The translations under genes and the position numbers were made by a program. A stretch of 64,000 nucleotides of DNA, from contig OZ024751.1 of the NCBI GenBank assembly GCA_964016885.1, forward strand, positions 682,001 through 746,000, written 5' to 3'. Origin of the DNA: Eledone cirrhosa (lineage: Eukaryota). Positions 40,887 through 53,377 of this stretch are shown one piece after another; within the stretch, counting starts at the first letter, position 1, and every line of letters starts with the position of its first letter. The notes under the pieces are model-generated. The model ran no database searches and was not told the origin of the DNA. It worked only from the letters and a program-made list of their open reading frames with translations.

Positions 40887-41520
40887 AAAATCCTGGTCTA
40901 TTTATTGAAATTGGATTTTAAAAAACAAAAATGCAATCTATATGAAAGTGAGGCTGGAGAAGGAAGAAGGAAAGGAAAAATAAAATAAAAACACACATGC
41001 AAACACACACACACACACGATTATATATATCATTTCATCATCATCATTTCATTTTACGTCCGCTTTTTGCAAGGCCAATGCTCTAACCACTAAGCCATGT
41101 GCCTCCAACCACTAAGCCATGTGCCTCCAACCACTAAGCCATGTGCCTCCAAACCACTAAGCCATGTGCCTCCAACCACTAAGCCATGTGCCTCCAACCA
41201 CTAAGCCATGTGCCTCCATACACACACACATATACACATATATATGTGTATATATATACATATACACAAACATATACACATACACACATAAATATCAACA
41301 TATCCATACATACACATACATATATACAACCACACACATATATATACACATATATATATAGAAATATGAATATATATATATATATATGCATACACATTCA
41401 CATACATAACCATACACACATACATATACATACATACATACATACACATAATCATACGTATATACACACGTACATACAAACACATACATACACACATATA
41501 TACAAGGCATACATATGCAT

Positions 41521-42525
41521 GCCCACAGAATACTACCTCATTCCATTGCACAGATGGTTCTATAGAAATAGTGGACACCTTCCGTTACCTGGGTGACAAA
41601 ATCAGTAGTGGGGGAGGGTGCTCTGAAAGTACAGTAGCTAGAGTCAGAACGGGATGGAAAAAGTTCAGAGAGCTTATACCACTATTGGCCGCTAAAGGGT
41701 TCTCTCTAAAAATGAGAGGCAGGCTGTATGATGCCTGCATACGAACAGCAATGTTACATGGCATTGAGACCTGGGCATTGTGTGCAGAGGATATACGCAG
41801 ACTGGAGAGAAACGAAGCTTGCATGCTCCGCTGGATGTGTAATAGTAATATACGAGAACGGCAAAGCATAAACGAACTAAGGGAGAAATTAGGAATAAGA
41901 GGGATCAGACGTTGTTTACTCGAGAGAAGACTATGTTGGTATGGTCACGTGATGCGCATGAAAGACGACAGCTGTATAAAAAAGTGCAGGGCGATAAAAA
42001 TAGACGGTAGCCACGGAGTAGGCAGACCCAGAAATACCTGGGACGACTTGATAAATTCCGACCTCACACACTTACACCTCTCCAAGACAATGTCACTGGA
42101 CTGAGATCTTTAGCGCTACACAGTCATACAGAAGACCCGCTTTGCCTAATTACAAAGCGAAACCTACAGTCAGTAGGCACCACTAACAAAATACACCCCC
42201 CCGTCCCACTACCCCACCTCATCCACACCACCCCTTAAATGTGAAGTTATGTTGGTACCACAACATCCAGTCCGAAAAAAATGAGGTCGTGTAGGTGTCA
42301 CGACAAAAAAAACGCAGTCCACGTTATAACGTGGCAGTGTAGGTAACACGGTAAAAACCTCCCAGTTCCACACTGTAAACATGGTTGGTGTTAGGAAGGG
42401 CATCCAGCCGTAGAAAACCCGCCAGACAGTCCTATATGAGCAGGACAACAAATCTTGCCTCAAGTGGGAAACCTCCCATCCAAACCCATTCAAGCGTGGA
42501 AGATGGACGTTAAACGATGATGATG
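41521..42525 (+). mobile_element. 5'-truncated RTE family A
   Basis: ORF 41571-42104 (FRYLGD...) plus 3' UTR and GAT tail. Confidence 0.93.
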
Positions 42526-42528
42526 ATA

Positions 42529-42589
<61 letters not shown>

Positions 42590-42591
42590 TT

Positions 42592-42635
<44 letters not shown>

Positions 42636-42637
42636 TT

Positions 42638-42677
<40 letters not shown>

Positions 42678-42679
42678 TT

Positions 42680-42717
<38 letters not shown>

Positions 42718-42720
<3 letters not shown>

Positions 42721-42936
42721 AGGCGTGTGGCTGAGTGGTTAGAGAATTGGATTCGCAATCGTAAGGTTGTGAGTTTGATTCCTGGACCAGGTGATGCGTT
42801 ATGTCCTTGAGCAAGACACTTTATTTCACGTTGCTCCTTCTACCTGGAGTTGCGACCGATAGATAGTATTAGCAATTGGAAAGACCAACGGAAACATTGT
42901 TCCCTCGGTCCGATTTGATGAAAGTCGATCGTTCCT
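42718..42936 (+). mobile_element. tRNA-derived CORE-like SINE, second subfamily
   Basis: A box TGGCTGAGTGG, B-box-like GAGTTTGATTCC, TCCTTGAGCAAGACACTT; distinct tail. Confidence 0.8.
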
Positions 42937-42963
42937 ATATATATATATATATATATTTATATA

Positions 42964-43023
<60 letters not shown>

Positions 43024-43100
43024 ACGAAGGAAATGTGGTAAGGAACGAGGTGGACCATAACGCACCAAAGTACTCAATACTTAGGGTAGTAGAGTGGGTA

Positions 43101-43240
43101 ATAGGAACAAGTAGGAACCCGACGGCTGAGCTCAAGCCGTTTCGACGGAATTAGCTGTCGAATTAGCCGTCGAATTAGCCATCCAGAATTAGCCGTCAAA
43201 ACGGCTTGAGCTCAACCGTCGGGGTCCTACTCGTTCCTAT
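43101..43240. mobile_element. 140-bp fold-back MITE with internal GAATTAGCCGTC repeats
   Basis: ~48-bp inverted arms ataggaac..gacggctgagctcaagccgttt; four internal 12-13-bp units. Confidence 0.75.
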
Positions 43241-43368
43241 ATTTATATATATATATATATTTATTTATTTATTTATATATATCTATATATATATATATTT
43301 ATTTATATATATATTTATTTATATACTCTTTTACCTGTTTCAGCCATCCGGCTGAGGCCATGCTTGCG

Positions 43369-43588
43369 TGAAGGCGTGTGGCTGAGTGGTTAGAGAATTG
43401 GATTCGCAATCGTAAGGTTGTGAGTCCGATTCCTGGACCAGGCAATGCGTTATGTCCTTGAGCAAGACACTTTATTTCACGTTGCTCCTTCTACCTGGAG
43501 TTGCGCGACCGATAGATAGTATTAGCAATTGGAAAGACCAACGGAAACATTGTTCCCTCGGTCCGATTTGACGAAAGTCGATCGTTCC
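43369..43588 (+). mobile_element. Second copy of the SINE at 42718
   Basis: Near-identical sequence. Confidence 0.8.
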
Positions 43589-44081
43589 TTTTATATATAT
43601 GTTTATATATTTATGTTTATATATTTATGTTATATATATGTTATATATATATGTTTATATATATATATATTTATTTATATATATGTTTATATATATATAT
43701 ATTTATTTATATATATGTTTATATATATATATTATATATTTATATATATGTTTATATATATATTTTTATATATATATATTATATATTTATATATATGTTT
43801 ATATATATATATGTTTATATATATTTATATATATTTATATATATATATATTTATATATATGTTTATATATATATATGTTTATATATATTTATATATATTT
43901 ATATATATATATATTTATATATATTGGAATAAATGCTCTGAAATAGCGATATATATGTGAATATAGACATAGAATATTCGAAAATATTCTGTATGTTTAT
44001 AATAAACATTTTGAAGACCTAATCGCTATAGAATAGAATACGTCACGTATTACAATTAGATTCTCGATAAAAGCAAGGGAA

Positions 44082-44124
44082 GTAATCTACGCGTTTCATT
44101 CTTATTAGAAATCTTCAGGACTAC
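44082..44124 (-). ncRNA. Minimal type I hammerhead ribozyme, tandem copy 1
   Basis: GTAGTC CTGAAGA T TTCT AATA AGAA T GAAA CGCG TA GATTAC on the minus strand. Confidence 0.85.
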
Positions 44125-44391
44125 ATATCCAGTGCTTTTATCGAGAATGACACAGCTAGAGACTTATAGAATACTTAGCTGTGTACAGGAACTGGTTTGA
44201 AAGAGCGGTTGCCGGTCCGGCAGAAATTAGAAATTGGAATAAATGCTCTGAAATAGCGATATATATGTGAATATAGACATAGAATATTCGAAAATATTCT
44301 GTATGTTTATAATAAACATTTTGAAGACCTAATCGCTATAGAATAGAATACGTCACGTATTACAATTAGATTCTCGATAAAAGCAAGGGAA

Positions 44392-44434
44392 GTAATCTAC
44401 GCGTTTCATTCTTATTAGAAATCTTCAGGACTAC
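44392..44434 (-). ncRNA. Minimal type I hammerhead ribozyme, tandem copy 2
   Basis: Identical motif 310 bp from copy 1. Confidence 0.85.
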
Positions 44435-44731
44435 ATATCCAGTGCTTTTATCGAGAATGACACAGCTAGAGACTTATAGAATACTTAGCTGTGTACAGGA
44501 ACTGGTTTGAAAGAGCGGTTGCCGGTCCGGCAGAAATTAGAAATTGGAATAAATGCTCTGAAATAGCGATATATATGTGAATATAGACATAGAATATTCG
44601 AAAATAAGAGCATTTATTCCAATTTCTAATTTCTGCCGGACCGGCAACCGCTCTTTCAAACCAGTTCCTGTACACAGCTAAGTATTCTATAAGTCTCTAG
44701 CTGTGTCATTCTCGATAAAAGCACTGGATAT

Positions 44732-44774
44732 GTAGTCCTGAAGATTTCTAATAAGAATGAAACGCGTAGATTAC
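44732..44774 (+). ncRNA. Minimal type I hammerhead ribozyme, inverted copy
   Basis: Same motif on the + strand; stem I extended by a 16-bp helix 44708-44723 / 44781-44796; predicted cut after GUA at 44768. Confidence 0.85.
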
Positions 44775-44954
44775 TTCCCTTGCTTTTATCGAGAATCTAA
44801 TTGTAATACGTGACGTATTCTATTCTATAGCGATTAGGTCTTCAAAATGTTTATTATAAACATACAGAATATTTTCGAATATTCTATGTCTATATTCATT
44901 TATATATATGTTTATATATATATGTTTATATATTTATATATATATTTATATATA

Positions 44955-46260
44955 TCATCATCATCATCATCATCAGGTTTAGCGTCCGTGTTCCACGCTT
45001 GCATGGGTTTGGACGGGGGTTTTCCCACTTGAGGCAAGAGTGGTTGTTTTGCTCGCATAGGACTGTCTGGCGGGTTTTCTACAGTTGAATGCCCTTCCTA
45101 ACACCAACCACATTTACAGTGTGGGGCTGGGAGGTTTTTACCGTGTTGCCTACACGGCCACATTACAGCGTGGACTGTCTGGCGGGTTTTCTACAGCTGG
45201 ATGCCCTTCCTAACACCAACCACATTTACAGTGTGGGGCTGGGAGGTTTTTACCGTGTTGCCTACACGACCACATTTACAGCGTGGACTGTGTGTTTTTT
45301 TGTCGTGACACCTACACGATCTCATTTGTTTCGGCCTGGATGTTGTGGGACCAACATAACTTTACATTGAAAGGGGCGGTGTGGATGGGGTGGAGGTGGT
45401 GGGACGGGGGGGGGGGGGGGGTTGATAGAGATGCCTACTGACTGTAGTAGGTTTTTACTTTGTATTTAGGTAAGGCGGGTCTTCTCTATTACTGAGTACC
45501 GCCAAAGGTCTCGGTCCAGTGACATTGTCTTGGAGAGGTGTAAGCGTGTGAGGTCGGAATTTATCAGCTCGTCCCATGTTTTTCTGGGTCTGCCTACTCC
45601 GTGGCTACCGTCTATCTTTATTGCCCTGCACTTTGTTATACAGCTGTCGTCTTTCATGCGCATCACGTGACCGTACCAACGTAGCCTTCTCTCGAGTAAA
45701 CAACATCTGATCCCTCTTATTTCTAATTTTTTTCTTAGTTCGTTTATGCTTTGCCGTTCACGTATATTACTATTGCACATCCAGCGGAGCATGCAAGCTT
45801 CGTTCCTCTCTAGTCTGCGTATATCTTCTGCACACAATGCCCAGGTCTCACTGCCATGCAGCATTGCTGTTCTTATGCAGGCATCGTATAACCTGCCTTT
45901 CATTTTTAGGGAGAACCCTCTAGCGGCTAATAGTGGTATAAGCTCTCTGAACTTTTTCCATCCAGTTCTGACTCTAGCTACTGTACTTTCAGAGCACCCT
46001 CCCCCACTGCTGATTTTGTCACCCAGGTAACGGAAGCTGTCCACTATTTCTATAGAACCCTCTGCGCAGTTGAAGGAGCTAGTATTTGTGGGCACTTGCT
46101 GCTACTTATTGCACCAGAGCACCGGCCACATGTAAAATCTATGTTCTTAGTTAGCTTACCTGTGATCCCACTACATCTTTTATGCACCCATACTTTGCAT
46201 TTGGGACATAAAATGGAGTTTCTACCTACGCCTTTCCTACACACTGAGCATGGCCATTTC
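44955..46260 (-). mobile_element. 5'-truncated RTE family A with a ~113-bp duplication in the 3' UTR
   Basis: ORFs 46050-46262 and 45466-46095; ggactgtctggcgggttttctacag occurs twice. Confidence 0.93.
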
Positions 46261-46899
46261 ATGTTTATATATATATCTTTATATATTTATATATATATTT
46301 ATATATATGTTTATATATATATGTTTATATATATTTATATATATATATATTTATATATATGTTTATATATATATGTTTATATATATATGTTTATATATTT
46401 ATATATATATATTTATATATATATATTTATATATATATATATTTATATATATATATTTATATATATATATATTTATATATATATATTTATATATATTTAT
46501 ATATATATATTTATATATATATATATTTATATATATATATATTTATATTGATTATACACAAGTTTAACTAGTGCAAAGTTGCAAGTTCAGTGTAAGTTTG
46601 AAGGCCTAGAAAGGTAAAGTCACTTTAGATGGAATTTGCATAATTATATGATCAGTTGTATGAGAAGTTGCTTGCGTACAAGCGGCGGTTCTGTAAAATT
46701 ACCCAAAGATCAGTCTGGCAGTGTGGAAGAATATAGCGCAGTAAGCACAGCTGAATACATGTAGTGCAGCTCCCTGGAGGGAGAACAAAGGCTTGATGAT
46801 GGTGTTCCAAGTTGTTTAATGGTAAGTCCACCGCCAGTAAGTCGGGTCAATGTGTGGTGTTGGGAGCCTCAGGTGTAATGGTGGTTAATTGGTTGTCGG

Positions 46900-47941
46900 G
46901 GTCCATCTATAGAAAGATTGTTGTAGTCTATGGCCGCAATTGATGACAGTTTCAGCCCGACTATTTATGAGGTCCTGGGGTGCTTGCACTATATAGTATA
47001 GTTCCATTAGGCAGAGTTGGTAGCTTTTTAAAAAATTGTATGGTGTTGTTTGGTTCACAATTTCCTAATAAGTGATGAAGCTAATGTTAGAGTCATTTAA
47101 CTGGGTGATATAGTTAGCGAGGGAGGTAGAGTATCTAAACTGCTTATTCCTAAAAGAGTGGAGGTGTGCTCGAAATCTGGTCTTGAACGACCCAGAGGTA
47201 GCTCCTATGTAAGACTTGACACTATTATGACTAGTAACCGTACATCTATAGATAATGTTTTTAGTCAGGCAGTAGCCTCGGAGTGGACAGTTTGCAGGAT
47301 TACGACAATTGCAATGTTTATTACGGTCACCTCTAAGGTGAGTGTTGGTATTAATTGTAATATTATCGCCATCACCATAGCTACTATTATTGTAGTTGGC
47401 ATTATTATAGCTATGAACACGTGAAGTGGTGCCATGCCCACCTCTCATGTTATAGCGTCTTCTACAGCCATTGTTAGAGCTGTGAAGGTTACTAACCCTG
47501 TCGTCAGTCTCACTACTGGTGCAGCACTTAGTTTCTAGTGTTGTGCTATTGTGTAAACCGCTGCTAATACCTATCCTGGTTTCTACCATCGTTATCAAGT
47601 GGGGCGAAAGAATTGCTAAGGTTAACCGAGTTGTCATATTCCCTAAAATTCTCATTACTAGGATGTTGTATACTAGTGATTTTGTTTTTACTTATTGCTA
47701 TGAGGTCGGCTAGATTAGGTGTAGTAGAATAGGAGATTTTTACGTTATTCTTATTGAGGATTTTTCTGTATCTGTGGTTAGGTGGAAAGTTCTTCTCTAA
47801 GGCGCCGAAGAAGATTCTGGGTAAATTGGAGGCCACACTCCGAGAGTAGAGGGGATAGAACCATAGGACATTACGGTGGCGGTTATGCGTAGTTCTGGGG
47901 TTACTATGGCCGTTGTTGCCGAGGTGGGTGTCCGAAAGCAC
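46900..47941 (-). mobile_element. Penelope-like element fragment: linker plus GIY-YIG endonuclease
   Basis: RNVLWFYPLYS..KISYSTTPN, CNCRNPANCPLRGYC, IIYRCTV..YIGATSGSFKTRFRAH; frameshifted. Confidence 0.9.
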
Positions 47942-49428
47942 CGAAATATGGCTTTCTCAAGAATCTGTCATTTGTGTATCGAGGAAATTTTTTATATAAT
48001 TAACTGTCTATATAACTGTTTATATAATTAACTATTAATTTAAAAACAGAATTATTCAGTTCTTGCAGACATTGCCAAAAATCCACTTTCCGAAGTATTT
48101 TTAATCTATAATATTCATTACACTTGACTACATCTTATACACCTTTAAAATGATCCTATTATTTACTGAGGTTTTCTTTAAAAAACGTAAATTTTTTAAA
48201 TGATCTTCCTTCTTAAATTTAGTATTTTTACCAATTGATATTCTTTTCCTAATGATAATCTTCTTAATCTATTTTTTTAGATTTATATATATTTTTTTTA
48301 GATTGATACTTTTTAATTGACATTCTGAAAGATATCCTCTTTACGATAGTTCTTCTCTAGACTTATCTAATAATACATTTTTCCTCTCTTTAATCTTCAA
48401 ACTTTTCACACATCTTTTGACGTAGATAATATATAATAGAAATTCTCATCCTTGAAAAACATGTAATATAAAGTACCTTATAATCTCATATAAAATAATA
48501 TATAATTTTCTCTAATGGTTAGCAAATCATATTGGAGTTATCTTTTCCTTTACAATTGAGCAAACATAGACATGATAACATGTATGATAAATTATATAAT
48601 TTCGCTAAATTAATAATGTTCTGAAAATATTTACAATGTTGGATGAAAATATTTGAATCTACAAATTGTTCTTCTCTTACAATTTGAACTACGTCTTTTT
48701 CTTAAACATTTATGTAAAATGTAAAATAACATCCTTCATAACTCATATTAGAAATGTAAACAATTAATAAGTGTTTTATTTCTATAAAATCACCAATAAT
48801 ACTTATACTTGCACACTTATTAATCTATATAGATATTTATATACTTACAACCTGTTGTAATGTAATAAGAAAAAATGTATTTACAACCATAATTCTTCAT
48901 ATAATCTAATTGATTATATATACAATATTATAACTCATAATATAGCTAAATATATATTTTTTAAATTCTGGAATCATATTCCACCATTCCTACAAACAGT
49001 TAATTCTTTTTTACAAGCTTTTCTTTCGTTCTCTTTCTTCTTCCTACACATACATATATATCCTAATAATTATTTAAATCTACCTAGCGTTTAATATAAC
49101 GTTTTATTTTATACCTCAACCTCATTTGCATATTCATCTTAATAATTTGAAATATTTGACTTTTCCTCTCTTTCCCCTCTTTCCTTTTACTGTCCAGGAA
49201 AAACTTGAACCGTTAATTTCTCTTGATATTTCGCTCCTTATAACAGTCTTTCCTCTCTCTGTTTGGTTGAGCACATCTCTTTGAGTGGTTTTGGGATGCC
49301 ATTTCTAGCACCTCGTCCCTCAGATACCACTGGTTCACTGTCCCATGCATGCTGTCACATCTCTCTGCCGCGGGTTGCAAGATGGTTATCTTATATTTTC
49401 TTAGAGTTGTCTGGAATGTATTTGCCTT

Positions 49429-49511
49429 ACACACGCTGATGACCCATAGGCGCTGCCATTTCAGTCAATAATTTCTTGGCGAAACAGATCTCTTTGGAGT
49501 TGTACATGTGT
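49429..49511 (+). ncRNA. Type I hammerhead ribozyme, mildly degenerate
   Basis: ACACACG CTGATGA CCCATAGG..TCTTGGC GAAA CAGATCTCTTTGGAGTTG TA CATGTGT. Confidence 0.6.
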
Positions 49512-49886
49512 GTCATATAGTTATAGAGGTGCGTATGCGCATTTTAATTTATATTTTTAATTATTGTGTGTCTACCCTGCCTTTCATAGGTTATAGATTC
49601 CATACACTGGTGGTTTCCCTGTTTTATTGATGGCAAACACACTCTCTCTCTCTCTCTCTCTAGTGTGTTACCCTTTCTACATATTGTATTTTAAAGAGCT
49701 CAGGATTCCTTTTCCTTTGAGCACATAATTTACAGGGAATAACGAGAGTCTATGGCTCCGTTAATTTATCTTGATATATATTTATATATATATATATTTA
49801 TATATATTTATATATATATATATTTATATATATTTATATATATCAATGATATTAATAAATGGAAACTATATTTATAAAACCATATT

Positions 49887-49947
49887 TATTCTATTATATA
49901 TATTTCAAGGGTACCAAAACTTTGGTACGCTCTCATCAGATAAAATA
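49887..49947 (-). ncRNA. Minimal type I hammerhead ribozyme
   Basis: TATTTTAT CTGATGA GAGCGTACCAAA GT TTTGGTACCCTT GAAA TATATA TA ATAGAATA. Confidence 0.75.
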
Positions 49948-50747
49948 CAAAATTTGTTTTATAAATAGTGACAAACCCTTAACAGTTTAGGTTCCGTTTG
50001 GATAGTGAGAGGATGGAGGAAAAAAGAGGAAGAAAGGAAAAAGAACAAATATTTCAAATTATTTTGATGAATATGCAAATGAAGTTGAAGCGTAGGGCTG
50101 AAAAAAATCGTTATTTTTAGACGTTAGGTAGATTTAAATAATTATTAGGACATATAAAGAAGAAAGAGAAGTTTATATTAATATTAGAGTGTACGGCTAT
50201 GTTTGCTTCATTATAAAGGAAAAGATAACTCCAATATTAGTTCTTAAACTATTAACGTTAGATTTGTCGTAATATAATAAGATAAAATGTACTTACAACC
50301 ATAATTCCTCATATAATCTAATAATGATTATATATAAAATATTATAACTGATGCTTTAGTTATATTTTAAATTTCTTGATTGATATTCTACCACTTCAAC
50401 AATATTTTAATTTTTAACGTTTTAATTTATAAATTTACGTACACTCTAATATTAATATAAGCTTCTCTTTCTTCTTTGTCTTTGTGTGTATTTGTTCTCA
50501 TCGCTCCACATAACGACGTGTTATCCTTGCTTTTTTCTGTTCATTGCCAAGGAACGTCTTCACGAACCAAAGTATCATCTTTCTGTTTTCCTTTGGTTGC
50601 AACGTTTTTCGAAATATTTACTTCTGCGTTCACAGAATGATTTTTTTTAGTTTCAGAAGATCCCCTTAAAAGTGAAAGCAGCGATTCTTTGCTTAAACTT
50701 TATCTGTTATTTTAATAAATATATATTTATTGTGTGCATTATATATA

Positions 50748-50938
50748 GGGCGGTGGATTGGCAGTATCGGTAGAGGGTCGGACGCCATGCTTTGACGCAT
50801 AGAGTTACGGTCCTTGCCATTCTGAGTTCAAATCTCGCCAAGGTTAACTTTGCCTTTCATCCTTACGGGGTCTATAAAATAAAGTACCAGTAATGCACTG
50901 GGTAATTGCTGGCCTTGTGCCAAAAGTAGAAACAATTA
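50748..50938 (+). mobile_element. Nin/Deu-domain-like SINE
   Basis: Full-length family member. Confidence 0.9.
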
Positions 50939-50954
50939 TATATATATATATATA

Positions 50955-52241
50955 CAGGGTGCGGACGATATTTGTTCACAAGCTTATTGTCTAGGAAAAA
51001 ATAACACAGTAGTTTTATTTTTTAAGATATATTTATCAAACTTGGGTCAGTTTGTCTTCATAACTTGTTCTTTTGATCTCACTCGATAAACCCACCATTG
51101 GCTTTGATGACGGCCTCGGAACTGGCTACAGTCCTTCGTCACTGTCCCCCCGACTTAGGCCCCTAAAGGCACTTGTAATCCTGGCCTTCAGATCGTCTTT
51201 CGTATTGCAGCTAGATCTGTTGGTGTCTCGTTCCACTGCGCCCCACACAAAGAAGTCGAGGGGATTGCAGTCAGGCGAGCTGGGAGGCCAGATGTCAGGT
51301 GAAGTGTGGTCGACGAAGTTCTCTGACAGCCAGGCTTGGGTCTTTCGGCTGGCATGGCAGGGCGCTGAGTCTTGCTGCCACATGTACGGCCTACCTGGTC
51401 GATCCAGGGCTTTAATACCTCGCTCAGAATGCGGATGTAGCCATTGGTATTCAGCTTGAGGCCCTCAGGGAAGAAGTGAGGTGGCATGACATCACCTTGA
51501 CTGCTGACGACACCTAAGACAAATGTTGTCGCTGGAAACTTTGTCTGCATGACTCTGGGCACGTCTTTGGATGAGACAGCGAGCCACCTGTTGTTCTGGG
51601 AGTTGATCTTCTGGTCTTGGCAGAAGTTTTTTCTCGTTGGAGAAAAACCACAGCATGTCTGGCTCCAGTGGGTGTTTCAACTTGTTGATCACGCTTCTTT
51701 GCTTCAGTCGCTTTTCTTGCATCACCTTTGACAGAAATTGTCCTTTCCTCATCTTGTATGAAACGTAGCGAATGTCTTCATGCACCACCAGCCTAATGAG
51801 CTTTTCATCCATGCCTTTCTCCCTTGCAATAGCACGCATCGACTTGCTAGGTTCATTGTTGATGATATCCTGAACTTCAGCAACGAACTCGTGAGTTCTG
51901 AAGGCGTCAGATCGTCGATCATGTGTTTTCCTCTCTAATGTTGCTTCGTAGTCGAATCCTGAATCTTCCAATTCCTTTCTGACCTTTTCCACCATTCTCC
52001 TGCTGACGCTGAGAAAGTCTGAAATTTCCTTATTTGTCCTCCCGGCGCGGATTCCAAGAAGAACTCTGTGTCTCTTCCACAAATTTGGAGGTTCAAAATT
52101 ATTCTATAATCAATTATTCTGAAAATAAATAATGGAAATATAGTCACCGTTTTTATGAAGACAAGAGTGACAATGGAAGTAAAAAAAAATTTGCATAAAA
52201 TTAGCAGTTGAAAATTGCAAACAAATATCGTCCACACCCAT
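50955..52241 (-). mobile_element. Tc1/mariner DD37D (maT-type) transposon, frameshifted
   Basis: TIR TA-CAGGGTGCGGACGATATTTGTT / aacaaatatcgtccacaccc; QQDSAPCH and WPPSSPDCNPLD motifs with 37 residues between the last two Asp. Confidence 0.93.
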
Positions 52242-52269
52242 GAAACAAAGTTCTGTTTAAATCATTTAT

Positions 52270-52318
52270 CTGCTTACAATTGTTTCTTCCAAACCGAGGT
52301 TTGGAGTCTTCGGAGCAA
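52270..52318 (-). ncRNA. Minimal type I hammerhead with variant core CCGAAGA
   Basis: TTGCT CCGAAGA C TCCAAACC TC GGTTTGGA A GAAA CAATTG TA AGCAG. Confidence 0.72.
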
Positions 52319-52858
52319 TTATTCAGTGATTTTTAACATACTTGACCTCCTTTTCAACACAAGAGACATATAGAAACATATGTATATATTGACCCACAGT
52401 GGGTTGACATCCATTATAATAATATAGCATGGTAATTTACATACAAAGATTACAGTCATATTAAAGGACAAAATTAAAATTAAAATAAAACATTGGCAGT
52501 CTACTAAGATAAAGCAAAAGGGAAGTTTGGAGTAGCCAGTGTATGCAACAGTCACACGTGTGGCATGCACGCGTGTCCTATTTATACAAGATTATAGTGC
52601 GGCAGATTGTTACAAGTAAAACAAGCAGTCAAAGCAGGGAATCAAGAGCATCATGGGGGTGAACTGGTTAAGCATTATTTACACACACCTGTACGATAGA
52701 GAAGCCCGTGTGTGGAGAAACACCAAAAATATCAAAAATATTACAAATGAGAAGCAAAACAGCACCACTGTCCTCGTACACACCACCACTCTCACAATCC
52801 AGGAAACGCAATTTATAGACTATATATGTATGTATGTATAATCAGTTATATATATATG

Positions 52859-52972
52859 TGTTCAAATCCCGCCGAGGTTAACTTTGCCTTTCATCCTTAC
52901 AGGGTCGATAAAATAAAGTACCAGTAATGCACTGGTTAATTGCTGGCCTTGTGCTAAAAAGTAGAAACAATT
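52859..52972 (+). mobile_element. 5'-truncated Nin/Deu-domain-like SINE
   Basis: Runs from the B box to the tail. Confidence 0.85.
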
Positions 52973-53377
52973 ATATATATATATATTTATTTATTGATAC
53001 ATATGCTGGGTCCATCAACTTCTTATTATATTTATATATATATATATATAAAAATTCACGAGAGAAAAAAAAAAGTGCTTAAAAAGCGGGCTCCTAACCT
53101 CAAGATTCCGAGTACGATTCTAGGCAGGGACCTGAACAAACGTTAATAATAACATCACTAGGACACCATCAGGCTGGAGAGTACATTAGCCGAAACGTTG
53201 TGTTGACAACAAAAGAAGATGAGGACACCTATCTGTCCAATATATATAATGTAAATAATTCCTCTTCTCAAAAATATAGAACAGTATATATATATATATA
53301 TATAGATATATAAATGAAGTATTTCTGTAGGAAAGGTAAAGGAAAAGAGAGTGCTCTATGTAGGCTACAGAGCTTTT

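Larger units (their letters stand above)
43923..44898. mobile_element. Retrozyme-like or Penelope pseudo-LTR array: 2.2 tandem 310-bp units plus one inverted 292-bp copy
   Basis: Unit starts at 43923, 44233 and 44543; 44607-44898 is the reverse complement of 44268-44559; each full unit has a hammerhead. Confidence 0.85.
48870..50480. repeat. Diverged direct and inverted repeat cluster, probable Penelope pseudo-LTR remnants
   Basis: 49057-49185 inverted at 50020-50155; 48870-48990 repeated directly at 50284-50400; 50157-50195 inverted at 50438-50477. Confidence 0.65.

Noticed and set aside
38430-46571. YI/YV/HT-rich ORFs
   Set aside because: They are translations of (TA)n and (CA)n microsatellites.
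48000-48870. Possible degenerate second GIY-YIG/PLE coding region
   Set aside because: Very AT-rich with many stops; the motif resemblance is too weak to call by eye.
53150-53210. GGCT..AGCC GAAACG hammerhead-like segment
   Set aside because: No correctly placed CUGAnGA or cleavage triplet.
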